From Sphagnum compactum (Eukaryota), in NCBI GenBank assembly GCA_965153455.1, contig OZ234493.1:9352213-9416212 (forward strand): a DNA stretch of 64,000 nucleotides, in the 5' to 3' direction. The notes beneath the pieces were generated by a model. It made no database searches, was not told the DNA's origin, and saw nothing but the letters and a program-made list of their open reading frames with translations. Below are positions 51,401 to 64,000 of this stretch, piece by piece (the first letter of the stretch is position 1; every line of letters begins with the position of its first letter). The translations under genes were made by a program, and so were the position numbers.

Positions 51401-54400
51401 TTTCATAATGTTCGTAATTCCAACAAGTGGTAACACCAAATTTAACATGATGGTAGCTTTTGGTTTATATTGAAAATCAAATCTACAAATAAACCAATAT
51501 GAAATTATATTACAATTCAAATTTAAAAACTACATTATTATATTATATTTTAATATTTTCTGGTTATTTTCAATATAATAATGATTTAATAATATAATAA
51601 ATTTACATTAAGCATATTTTATTAATTAAATAAAATATACAAACATAACACCATTAGATTTCAAATTATTTTTTGAGTAATATTGCAATGGACACCTTAT
51701 AATCAAAATTAGAATCACGTTTGAATCAGCATTGAAAATGAAATATCCATCATAACATTTTATCAAAGTTGACAAATCTATGTTATTTTTATTAACTTTA
51801 TGTTTATATGTTTATAACATTGATTCTGAACATCAAATTCATTAATATTTAGTGAAAAATGACATTTAATCATCTTTTAATATCATCTCCAGACATGACT
51901 TGGGGATGAACATTTTAATTTGCCCCTTCTAACCACCTTTGGATTGGGTTTCAAGGTTTTTTCCTTTTAATTTTTTTTTTCAAATCAATAAAATACATTT
52001 CCCTCATTAACTTTGGTTTTTTCAAAACTAGTGGAAACTTGACTTATTTAACATTCCAAAGTTTCATGAGCTTTTAAAACATTATGATTTGTTGTTAGGC
52101 CAAGGTATTGAAAATATATCCCATTTTGCGATGTCACTTTAACAAATGTTCCCAAATTCAAACATCATAATCAAAATTCAAATCAATGCAATGTTTTGAT
52201 TTAAGAATGACTTAAGTTTGATCAACAATAAAAACACATCTAAACAATACGAAGTAGGACAAAAGATGGGGGAAAAACAAAAATACAAAAATACTCACAA
52301 GGAACAACAAAATGACAACCAACAATAATAAGGGTGTCGAAAATGGTTTAGGGTTTAGGGCACTAGGTTGGACATGAAAATTTTCTTTTCGGGCAATAGG
52401 GGTATCGAGACATCAGGGTTGAGGGCATTGGATATGATGTCAAAGGTCACAAAAAAATACATAGGAGTATGCACTAAAATTTAAAAAATCTTATATTTTA
52501 TATTTTTTTTGAAGCAAGAATCGTTGCAAAACATGGTAGGAAGGAAGTTGAGGGATGTTGAACAAGCACCAAGAAAATTGGTTTTGAGATGATGAAGGGC
52601 ACCAAAAAAGACATCATGTTAATTTTTGAATAAGTGAAAGTTAAATCTCATATTTTAAAATTAATGAAAGTGGAAATGATTTCATGGATAATCTAGATAT
52701 GATTATGGATTACCACTGTTTGGTAATTAATTTTAAATATATTAATATTTTAACCTTATGTCAATTGATTGTCAATAGTAGCGCAAAGTAGCACAAAGCC
52801 CAAGTTTAATTAATTTAGTGATGATGTAGCCAAGGTGGGGATCATCCATAAAGCCCATTTAGCCAAATTTGGTTAATTAACAAACTATGAAAAGAAATCT
52901 AAAACATTGTTATATATTTTTGGCTGCACACTTGAACTATGTATAGAAATCCAATGCCTTTGTCAGATTTTTTTTTGAATTTTAAAAGAATAACTTTGGG
53001 GATTGTTTTTTCAAAAAAGTCAAATGTACTTGTTTTTTTTATAACATTGTGGAAAGTCTGAAATCCTATTACAAAAAAGTCTTCACAAAGTCTAGTGCAA
53101 AAGTCTGAAGTCCTAAAATTTAACAAATGTATGTCAAGAGTCAAGCTCTTTCACATTGTGAAGTGCAAAATTCAAATGGGTGCAAATAATAAGATGCCCT
53201 ATGAAACAATCTTCTTCACATGTCAATAGTGTAATAATAAAACTACACCTTTGCAAACTCGTGCTATTAATTTAATGACCGTCAACTTTGAACCCCAAAA
53301 TGGCAAAGGCCCAATACATACAACAATAAATAGGAAGTCATTCAGACAAAGTGCATTCTCCAGTTGTTCAAGCTAAAAGTTAATGAAAAAATCCCAACCT
53401 TGTCTGACATGTGAAGTATATAGCAAAATTTGTCATGTTCTATTTTCCGTGTGCATAAGGATCCTAGTGGTCTTAGTGGATCGTGGATCCTAGTGCATAA
53501 GGAGCTTAGTGGGGTTTTTTTTTCCAAATTCAATTTTTACTCTTTGGTTTGTCAACATTTTTTGTCAACCCGTAAATACGATCATCACCCACAAGCACAA
53601 AAAACACAATTTATCTTGTGTAAAGTGCTTTTAGCCCAACTAGAATGAAGTCTTCCTTCATCACCACCTATATTATAGGCTAGTATTGTTATACACCTAT
53701 TTTGGAGCTTTAGAGGGGTGGAAATTGGCCAACCCAAATATGATACACAACCATAAGCTTGGGAAGGCATCATAGGCTAAATAAAAGTTGGTCATATGGA
53801 GGAGAACTATTTGAGAACAATAAACAAGTTAAGGTATCATAGGGGGGAAGAAAATGGCCCACCAACCAAAGTACACATTGTCTAAACAAGTGATCATCAT
53901 TGATGATGCAAGAGAGATGGAAGTTCTCAAGTCATCATGTACATTAAAGTGTGTCCTCTTCTTTTCTTTGTCATAAAGTCCATTCCTTGTAAGAGCCTAG
54001 AGGGATGGTCCAACATAAAGCTGGTGTGATAAGACCCAAAAAAAAAATGACACCACAAACAACAAATTTTTCATCCAATCCCACAAGGGTATAATATCAC
54101 ACATTTTTGTATGGGACATTTTTGTATGTTTGAAACACTCTACCTAAAAGAGAGTTAGGACACACCAATCTAACTACATAGTAGCAACCAAGTACTTTAC
54201 CTACTTACTTACCTACCTACCTACCTACCTACCTAACAATAAACCACTTCATTTCCTACCTACTTACCTATGATACTTGCCCACTTGGGGAGGGGGAGGT
54301 GAGGGGAGTAGGATGGTTTCTAGGATAGGCTACCAAGGTGGAACCTCGGTAACTCAGTTATAGTTCTTCCACATGAAGTAGTACTACTACTTACTTGAGA

Positions 54401-54573
54401 GAGTCACTTGGGGTTTCCAATGGATGGTGCACAAGTGGGTACCCACATGATGGGTTTAGGGTTTAGGGTTTAGAGCACCCAAAAAAGATCACATTCTTCA
54501 TTCTACAACTTCAAACTTTTCTGACAAACTCCAGAGTAGGAAAGCCACACAGAGAGACTCTCTATCTCTCTTT

Positions 54574-54613
<40 letters not shown>

Positions 54614-55150
54614 GACTCTCCTCCTCTGAACATAAAATCTTTTTGGGGGCACATTTCAATCAATGCTGGTGCCCATAAGTAGTGACCAAAAAGATGGGTG
54701 TCAGCACTTGAGCTTTTCTAGCCCACTTTTAAAACACTGGTGTCCCTCTGTAGTAGTACCTTGCCACCTTCAACACATGTCTGTCAAATAATTAATCAAT
54801 TTTGAAATTACCATTTTGACAATTGGAATATTCTTGAAGTTTCAGTATTTTCTTTCAATTTTTTTTAATAAAAAAATCAAGTCTTGTTAGCCTAGATTTT
54901 TATTTTTTATTTTCAAAATTTCAAACATTTCTGAACATAAAAATAATAAATTATTAGTGTCAAAGCTGCCAAGGTAAAATGTGGGTGGGCCTGGTTTTCC
55001 CCTATTTTGGGAAAGGCCTGACCCTAAGGGCCTTAGCCTACTCAGAATTTCCAAGGGAAACTGGATGTTTGATGAAACCTATTGGATATGAGGCTTGTAT
55101 ATATGATCATTGTACTTATGCTCACCCAACAAAATCAAGCTAAGTCAGGT

Positions 55151-55206
<56 letters not shown>

Positions 55207-58200
55207 TGGCCCAATATATCTAGTCATTGTGATGTAAGGACAATTGACAATATCTTGCTTTGTCAGCTTACTTGTTGAATATGTGTACATGTGTGGACCC
55301 ATGGCTATTGTACAAGTGCATTGGAATGAAAGTCTTCCATCTTTACTTCCTTTAAGGTACATACCACATTGTTTTGGCTTCCTTTTTTGGCTGATGGTAC
55401 ATCCCACTAGTGGTAGCCAAAAAAACTACTCATATCATGCACTCTAAATTATGTGTGTGATTGTGGGTGTGAAGCTTGATGTCTCTTTGGTTTAATTGTC
55501 TATCTTACCAATTTTGTTGTTGTTAGTCTATGAACATGGGTTTTAAGTTTGAAGTCTCTTTGGTTGAATCATCTCATTTCCCAATTTTATTGTATTTTAG
55601 TTTTGTTGTTGTTGTCGTCGTCGGTCTATGTGTGAGATGTGAGAGAGAATTGCTTTTGAGCATCATGAATATTTAGAAGGACTGAATAAAAGCACCAAAC
55701 CTAAGATACCTTACCTCACTTAACATTCAACTGTAATTCATATGTTACTTGTCATGGTGATTATTTGATGGTGCTTGCATGTATTGATATGGATGATACA
55801 CAAAAACAAAGCTTTAGTTGTAGATCTAACATGTATGCTAACAACAATTTGCCAAATCTCATCAAATGTGATGAACTGATGCTAGCAAATTATGTTTTTA
55901 TGTGAAGGACAATGGATTCTTGTTGGGTTATCAATATGGTGTGTTATGAAGTGAACAAGCACTATAACTATATATGTTATGGTATAGATTGCATGCATAT
56001 TGCAAAGAAAACAAATGGGATTGAACCCATGATTTGCATCTATATCATTGGTATACCAAAGACATGATTTTCTATGTGAGATGTAGAGAACATGGTTAGT
56101 CTACCCATTGTGGCATTTTAATAGAACATAAGTTTGAAGGTCTATTTATCATTCAAATGTTTGGGGGCAAACTTGTAAAATGGAACCTTAAAACTACTTT
56201 TTGTTAATGCGCATTTATATTATTTTATGTGTTTGTTCAAGGGAGTCGAAATGAAGGCTCATAGCTTTTGATGTTGGTAGGCATGAGTTGATAGGTTTTG
56301 ATAAGCATCTATATATATATATATGCTTACTACCTGAGTAACTTTATCATTTGGGCAATAATTAAATTGGTTTTAATAATTTTCAATTTTTCTCAAAATC
56401 AGCTACTCGCAATGTCACTTTCTAAAAAAGTGTAAAAATTTAATGCCTTAATACCTTTTGGTTCTTGCTTGTATCTCCTTCATTAGCTATCTATTTATTC
56501 CTCATGTTGGTGGATGAATAATGTGCTATTGAAATACATCAAGGACTTAAGTCTGGTGGCATATTTATTGAAAATATTTTACATCCAAAATTTGACAATG
56601 GATTATTACTACATGTTTTCCTCATAGACACATAAAATTTCATATTGTAAGTGTGGCCTTTACCATTGGCCCAAGTGTAAACTCATTACCCCAACTAAGG
56701 GATTTTTATTTTATTTTTTAAAATTAATTTGCAAGAACAAAGATTACTCAAAATTTGAGGTCTCTTGCACCGTGCATCTATAAATTATGAAATGGCCTCC
56801 ATAAGATCTTACTCATTGAGCACTTTCAAATCACACCAAAAGCACACCCCAATTTCCCTTTTTTGATAAAAATATTTTTCATGTTATTGAAATTTTTATG
56901 CAAAATTGTTCAATATTCAATAATTCTTGCAATATTTATGTAGGTCTAAACATCACAAAACCATTGGTGCACCCGCTACTCGTTGAGGGCTTTCCAATGG
57001 TACCAAGAGCATGGTGGGGGCCAACACGATTTGGGAGATCTTAGCTTGACAAGCAAACAAACAAACAACCTTACATAATAGATAGATGATCATTATCGAA
57101 TGTTCCTAAAAGTTGAGGACTTGGGTGTATATAATAGACATGTTAACAATTCAAATTTATGGTGTCTACCTATGCAATTTGTTAATGGCTATAACATGGC
57201 TAAACATATAATTTGTTATCATCACCATTGACGACCCCCCAATTTAGCCGGGAAAAGAACATCAAGTATGTTGAGAAAATAAGCCGGGCTTACATAAAAG
57301 AATTGCTAGACCCAATTTGCAACTTTGCAATAGCTACCTAGCAACTTCAAAATTGAGGATTATTTTAGGGTTTAGGGTACCACTTTACCATCATGAGATG
57401 TCTTGGGTTGTGACTCAATTAACTGAGCTTTACAGCCCCATTCATGTGGATTTAAGCAGCTTTGCAATGCATGAACCCAATTAGGTCTGAACTCTTGTGA
57501 CACTTGAGGAGTGCCATTTTATATATGGTAGCATGAACATTATCATTGCTCTTCATTACTTTTGCAGTGCAATTGTGTGAGGTTCAAATTTTTGTTTATC
57601 ATTGTAACTTCCTTCTTGTAGGCTAGGTAGCCCCAGTTGTATATTATATGGTTTTTGAAGAAAAGAGTATAGGTCTATGATGTTTCAATTTCTCCTTTCA
57701 TATTTTGTTCGTAGTCGAATTTGGCTAATCAGCTTATGGATGATCATCACCTCAACTACATCACAAAATTGGGAGAAAAAATCCCACACACTCACACACA
57801 ATCGTATATACGATTGTGATAAAATGGTTCACTACTACACATGTAATCACTTTTGAAGAACGCACTTGGAAATTTTCAACGTGACTTGTTAATCACTCCT
57901 AGTAATAAGGTCTTAAAAGTAAATTGAATAAAATTTTCCAAAAATTAATCCAAATGCTTTCAAGAATTTTTTTAATTAATGCAAACTAAATAATTATTAT
58001 GTTTTACATGATTTGGGATCATTAGTTGGATTGATGTAAAAATATTTTGCAATATTATAGCTGACTCTCCAGCATGTTTCAGTGCTGGATGAGCTCCCTC
58101 ATGACACCTTCTAGATCTTCATGCCCTTTGCAGGTTCTGGCGAGAGTGAACCGAACAGCCACCAGCACACCATCCATTGGAAGCTTCTTATGACTCACTC

Positions 58201-61200
58201 GGTCATGGACAAAACCCAAATCATGAGTTGAGATCAGGTTTCACACATTGGTAAACCAACAATGGAAAAAAGTGTTCCCTGTTCACATATATACCATGCA
58301 TCATCCTGCATGGTGCGCTGGTGGGTGCTAGTTCTTTCTGGCCCGGAGAAACCTGCAGATTTCTTTGCAGGCCTGCAAAAGCAAAACATTTCATGGAGTT
58401 AGGGAAACTGCGGTTGTGAGCAAGCCTCCTTTGGGCTTATTGTCATGCACTTTAAACCCAGGGACCAAGCAGCTGCTCAGCAGAAAAAGCTTACATAAAA
58501 GTGTTGTTACTCACAGACGATGAAGCAACTGCGGCCACTGCATTAAAGCAGCAATACTACGGATGAATTTGTCTGTTACTGGGTGTGGGGCATTTGTGGT
58601 GCTAAAGTGTTATTAACTTACACACAGAAGAGGAGGGCTACATTTTGAGAACCTTGGTTATATACCTGAACTCAAAAAAGAAATTTAGACTTTTTTTTTT
58701 CGGTCCTTGGTTTTTATTAGAACTGCAGTTTCTGGGTTTGTAGTAGCCATGGTTCAGGAAAATCACAGACTAGTGAATTTTTGTTACAATATTTTGTTCT
58801 CAGTTTTTGACCCTAAATCACATCATATTTATACAAATGTTCTCAAAACTAAAATCTCGCTCTAAATATTAAAAGCCATAAACATAGAAAGTGTTGAACT
58901 AATCAAGTGAATCTCAACTGTTAACACATCTTGATGTCCTACTTATACTTTGTGGGTTTTGGGTTCAATTCACCACAAGGCCATAAATGCTAAATGTTAT
59001 TGAAAGCACTACCAGGAATTTCACAATGTATGTATTCGGAGCACGTCGCACCTTATAAAAAAACTGTAAAGATTTACTCGAATACACCAGAGGGATCTTA
59101 CGTTTTTAAGCAGGAACATTTTGTTCTGAAATGTTCATCATTACAAATCGAGCAAGGAGGCAATTGCTCTATGCTTGGTAAGGCCCCTCATACAAGGGCG
59201 TGCGTAACTAAAATGCGAGCACCACCTCAACTGCCACCTTGGGCTGTACCCCTTATTCTGGTAATGCTTGGTAACGCCATCAACCTTGGGTGTTACCTAC
59301 CACATCATAGTCAACCACCCAAATGCAGATTTAAATGGTCGTTTCACCTTGTGACCTTATTAGCTACCATATATGAGTTCATAGAATTAACTAACATTGA
59401 ACATGTACAGTGGTGAACTGAACGGCTGCAACCATCAGTGGCAAGTTGGGTTATCGGTTTGATGATTAATCCAACTAGATTATAACGAGGTCATGAGCTT
59501 AACTTGGTTGAAACCATTGTTTGAAAAAAAACAAGTTTTGGCAACAAAAGTACAAACAAAATGTTAAGAAATTGGTTGTGTTTCTCTGAATTTTTTTCAA
59601 TCACCCGAGGAACTATCAACATATAACTGATTATTATCAGTGAAAAGAGAACCAATTCTGTAAGGATCCAGCCCAAACAAAATTTTGGAAGTTTTGAACC
59701 GTCATGTTGTTTGATATGCACGTTGTTAAAAGCCAAATGTGACCATGCTTTGAAATTTTCAACAACTGCCCAACAACACTAGTTGAATTCATCTGTAACA
59801 ACTCTAAGTTCAGTCCAACATTGGAAGACTAGATTTGATGCCATCATGACAAAAGAACTTAATGTAACCTTGAAAGTGAACCAAAAAAAAATGGTTCTCA
59901 AACTTTGTGTAATTCATTTGAAAGAAAAAATACTAGGGATGAAGAATTGAAAAATCTTATTTCTCTTCAAAATGTTTTCCTAATATCAAGTTTACATAGA
60001 TACACACAATTTATAGCTTGGCAAGAAGGTGCATAGTTTCATTAAACTATGCACATGTTGAAATTGATGGCTCTTCTATTATTTGAGGACATGGCCAAAT
60101 TCGATCATGGGAACAATGTCAAGTCAAATAATTGTGTGGAAAATACAGTCATATTGTAAATTATATTGTTGCGATGCGAACCTTCTAGTTTGTGAATGAC
60201 TTTCAAGTTCGTATCAATCATGAAAAGGGAAACATCAAATTTGTAAAACCAATTTGGGAATAGTACGTGGAAACAAAACTTTGGGAAAAAAAACAATTGA
60301 AAACACCCTTCAACAAAACTTCAATGTTAGCTCCAATGTTAAGTATTTTTACATAATATTAGTAATTTTTATTTGTTATTGAAACCTAGTTGAATATGAA
60401 CAAGGTACTAACTTTTGTTGGGCGTTTTGAAGGTTCATACTCATGTCACACAATGGAATCTCATAAATTGAGTGCATGTTTTTATGTGCGACTTTGTTAG
60501 TCTTGATAGTATTGGGCACTTATCTAGTAGTGCATGACAACAATTAGAATGAACGTCTTTCATATACTACTTATAGAGAGAGCCCCATTTTGGAGGTGAG
60601 CCCTACAAGTCATTGCCATTTCCAAGCAACCTTTTTGGGTCCCACTGTCTTGTGAGATCAAACATAGTTGGCCATTGCAACAATATTTTCCACCTCAAGC
60701 TACTTGAACCTTTGGAGTTCAATATGAGATCCAATGTGTGCACTCTTGTACCCTGATTATCCTGTTCTTTGGTCTCTCATTTTTTGGGCCAAAGTGACCC
60801 AACAGCCATTAGTGTACCTTCCATTGCAAGCCAGTTGTGGATGAACCCAACCTGAGTTACCATTGGACTTCACCTGGGTAACCTATCCTGCACAGAAGAG
60901 GTCCTGTAGCAAGGTAGGTAGGTAAGTAGGTAGGTCAGATAATAGGTGACTAGTAAGTAGATGCCTGTAGATTGTCAGTACATGGCTAAAGGGCTAGTGG
61001 GTTTTTAGTAAGTAGGTAGTTAAAACAAAAACTGAACTCAACATGTGAAGAGACATGAGATTTCATTTTATTGCTGAATACTTGGTGTTTTAGAAGTTTC
61101 TCGTAGTTGTTCGAATATATCTACAAGATCACACAGAGAGCTTCAAAACATTATTTGAGAGTACCCATTTCTGTCAATTCAGCCAAAACAAAAAACAAAA

Positions 61201-61445
61201 CATGAAAAAAATGAATGGAAGCCACAAGCTCGTGACTGTGTGACTCGTGAAGTAGTGAAGTAGTAGCAGACGCTTGGTCACCTTCATCGCAAATGGTGGT
61301 GACTAGCTTCCAAATTCCCCCACTTAACATCCATCAGTTCCCAATGGTGGGTTGCTCACTCCTCCTATTGAATCAAACCCTCCAGAACAACACCTCATCG
61401 TGGAATTCTCCAACTCCACAACTGTGGAGTGGATCTTTCTTCCTT

Positions 61446-64000
61446 CTAATAAGGCTTGCATGGCAAAACTTTACCCCTGCACTCACCAAAACCAACAGTG
61501 AATCCTTCTCCCTGCAAAACACAACAACCAGTTGGTTAAAAACATCATCTTCCTGAAATGTGTCAGACGAAGAAGTTTGCTAGTCTCAAAGTCATGCACT
61601 GCAACAACACTTTGAATGAGGAACTATTTGGTTGTCTCCAACAGTTTCATGGGATATTTTAGATCTAGGCAAGATGTACCTCTGTGGGCAATCTTTCCTT
61701 CTTTTGGGTCATGTGCTATATGACTACCAGTATCAGTCTAGCTGACATATTTGAATACCTGGCATGATGCTGACATGATCACGTCATCACCATCTTGGAT
61801 GAACTTGCGGGTCCCTCCATGCTCCAAAGATATGGATTTTGTTCCTGCCCATGACTGCTCCAAGAAAGACCCGAGGCTCCCAGGTTCCTGTTGATGCACG
61901 CTCAGTTATTATTAGTCCTAGATTTCACCTTTATTAGAAGCAACTAATTCCTGGAAAAAAAATTACTCCAGGTACGATCCCATACAGCTTTTCAACTGTG
62001 CCACACTTGCATGGTGGCATAGCCTATCACATTCATCTACAAAGCTCCCATTTCCAGCATTTCCTATCTCTGCTCTCTTTGGAGCTTCCTATTTCTATCA
62101 AAGACAGTGTTCCCATGTACACCCATACAAATCCCATTTTTCTTGATTTCTGAGTCATCCCACACATTCCACATTCAGTCCATATCCTCAAGTGATCTGT
62201 GAATGAAAAAAAATCAAGAATTTTACTTACTGGTCCACTTATGGTTCCTGATGCCAACAGGTCGCCTGAACGTAGGTTGCAGCCATTTACTGTGTGGTGT
62301 GCCAGCTGTTGAGACACTGTCCAGTACCTGCACAGGGAGAGAGAGAGAGCTTCTCCTGATTACTCTGCCGTAGTGAATGATTAGAGACACCCTCTAGCCC
62401 TAAGAGTGAAGAGGGAGAGAATCACATCATGCTTCTAACTTCTGGACACTTTAGGGTTTAGGGTTTCTGATCCTCTGCAAATTTGGAAGTCACACCATAG
62501 GAAAGATTCTCACAAGCCAGATCTTTAACAGGCTAATCTGCTGCTGGATTCTGGAATACCCATCACTTGGGATGATGGTCTTCAGAAATAAAAAATCGTT
62601 AACACTTACAGATACTTGAAGTTGCTTCTGCAGACAACTGACGCTTTGGTCTCTCCCTCAGGTTGAATTGCCACCTGCACCACCATAGTAGATGAATAAT
62701 ACCATAATGGTGAGATGCAACAAAGTGCATCAATCTCATTCCCCATGAGAATGCTCGTGGCTAAGCTGTGTTAAGAACCAAATGACCATGTATACCAACG
62801 CTATCCACCCAAAGCACCAGATTAAAACAGGAGAACTGGAACCAGACAAAACATGAAGCTGAAGAAAAAGATTGGAATTCTGAGTGGCTCTGCAAAGAAA
62901 GAAATACCTGTAGAGGAATATCATATGAGGTACGCTTGGTCTCTGCTAAATAAGGTAAGGGAGCTGGATCCTGCAGATAAAAAACATCATCATATGGCAG
63001 CTGCAGCACTGATTTCGACCCACCCCCATTAACAACCAACTAACTATCTCCACTGATTTGTGATGCCTTCCACCCACAACAAAACCAAGATACTAAAAGG
63101 AAAAGGCGAAGGGACTGACTTGGACAGGAGCTTCACAAATGAATGGCTCCAGGGCTTCCAAAGTCACAATCCATGGTGAAATTGTTGTCCCTGCAATTTA
63201 GAACATGTTTAGTCATCCTCTCACTCACCATGAAGACTCTGCTTAGTCATTCAATAGAACCCAAACCCTCAAAATGACAGTTCGGAGAATCTCTGCCCCT
63301 TTTTGTTACACTGATCATTTGTAGCTAAGGTTGATAAAATTGGTAAGCACCAGTGTTGTGCGGTTATTTGATTTTTAAATAACTGGCAGTTCTGGTTCTT
63401 TAAAGAATTCAGAATCAAAGAACCACCAATTCCAGTTTTTCAAGGCAAATCAAAATCAGAGAACCACCAGTTCTGTTATTTCAAAAACATCAAAGAACCA
63501 GCAGTTTTCATAAAGAACTGGCGGTTAGAAAGGCAGTTTTTTTTTATTTTCAAAAAAAATGAGAACCGAGTTTCTACACCAAAACCAGTTTTTTTATTTT
63601 TCTTTTTCACCCCACCAGGTAAGTGGGTATATACCCAGGTTGATGACCGGTGGGTATATGTAGCAGATTCTAATAACTGCACAACACTGGTAAGGACCTG
63701 CTTATCAAAGGCTTCCACTTTGTCTTCATTAGTGAACAGAATAACCACTAAATTACATTTCCCCCTCCCCCCCAAAAAGACCACTATAGCAAAGAATGGA
63801 GAGTGGAACCACCCAATGGAATTCCTTTCTGCACAGTGAATTAATTGCCTTTGCAGTTGGCAAATTGAGCAGTTTCATTAACAATGAAAGTATGGAAATG
63901 GATTCCATTTGTGATTAGAATGAAATTAAGTAAAATAAGGTGAGCAGCAGGAACACACCAAAGTTTTTGCCAAGAAAAGGACCGAGTGGCACTGTCTCCC
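61446..64000 (-). CDS. FAH: Fumarylacetoacetase, 3' part (continues beyond the window). Exons >64000-63959, 63190-63120, 62970-62908, 62674-62610, 62327-62231, 61887-61759, 61511-61446
   Basis: [30 protein letters not shown]...QDPAPLPYL...[52 protein letters not shown]...FIQDGDDV...[15 protein letters not shown]. Introns are GT-AG and in phase. Confidence 0.95.
63351..63689. mobile_element. hAT-type MITE (339 bp) in an FAH intron
   Basis: TIRs cagtgttgtgcggttatt / aataactgcacaacactg (17/18 match). Flanks gtaagcac (63343-63350) and gtaaggac (63690-63697) form an 8-bp TSD with one mismatch. Confidence 0.88.

Noticed and set aside
61446-61511. Suspected frameshift in the last FAH exon
   Set aside because: On re-reading, TGC AGG GGT AAA GTT TTG CCA is in frame and gives a normal C-terminus.

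Overview
Eukaryotic, intron-containing land-plant nuclear DNA. It looks moss-like (possibly Sphagnum), but that is only my impression from gene style and repeats. Five complete host genes can be modelled with GT-AG splice sites: a GATA zinc-finger factor (+), a COPI-associated/TVP15-type membrane protein (-), complex I subunit NDUFA8 (+), a START-domain protein (-) and a GT106 O-fucosyltransferase-family protein (-). The window also holds the 3' half of fumarylacetoacetase (-). The centre (about 21.5-41.8 kb) is a Helitron hotspot. It contains a frameshift-free RepHel gene broken by three stops, head-to-tail arrays of non-autonomous derivatives with repeated 3' hairpins, apparently captured aldo-keto-reductase and bZIP fragments, and an inverted pair of ~0.95-kb Helitrons. 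One of that pair is cleanly inserted (A|T, no TSD) into a decayed RLE-type non-LTR retrotransposon. Other elements are a PIF/Harbinger transposase pseudogene between telomere-like arrays and a hAT-type MITE with TIRs and an 8-bp TSD in an FAH intron. All calls are by eye, no searches were run, and repeat boundaries are approximate.
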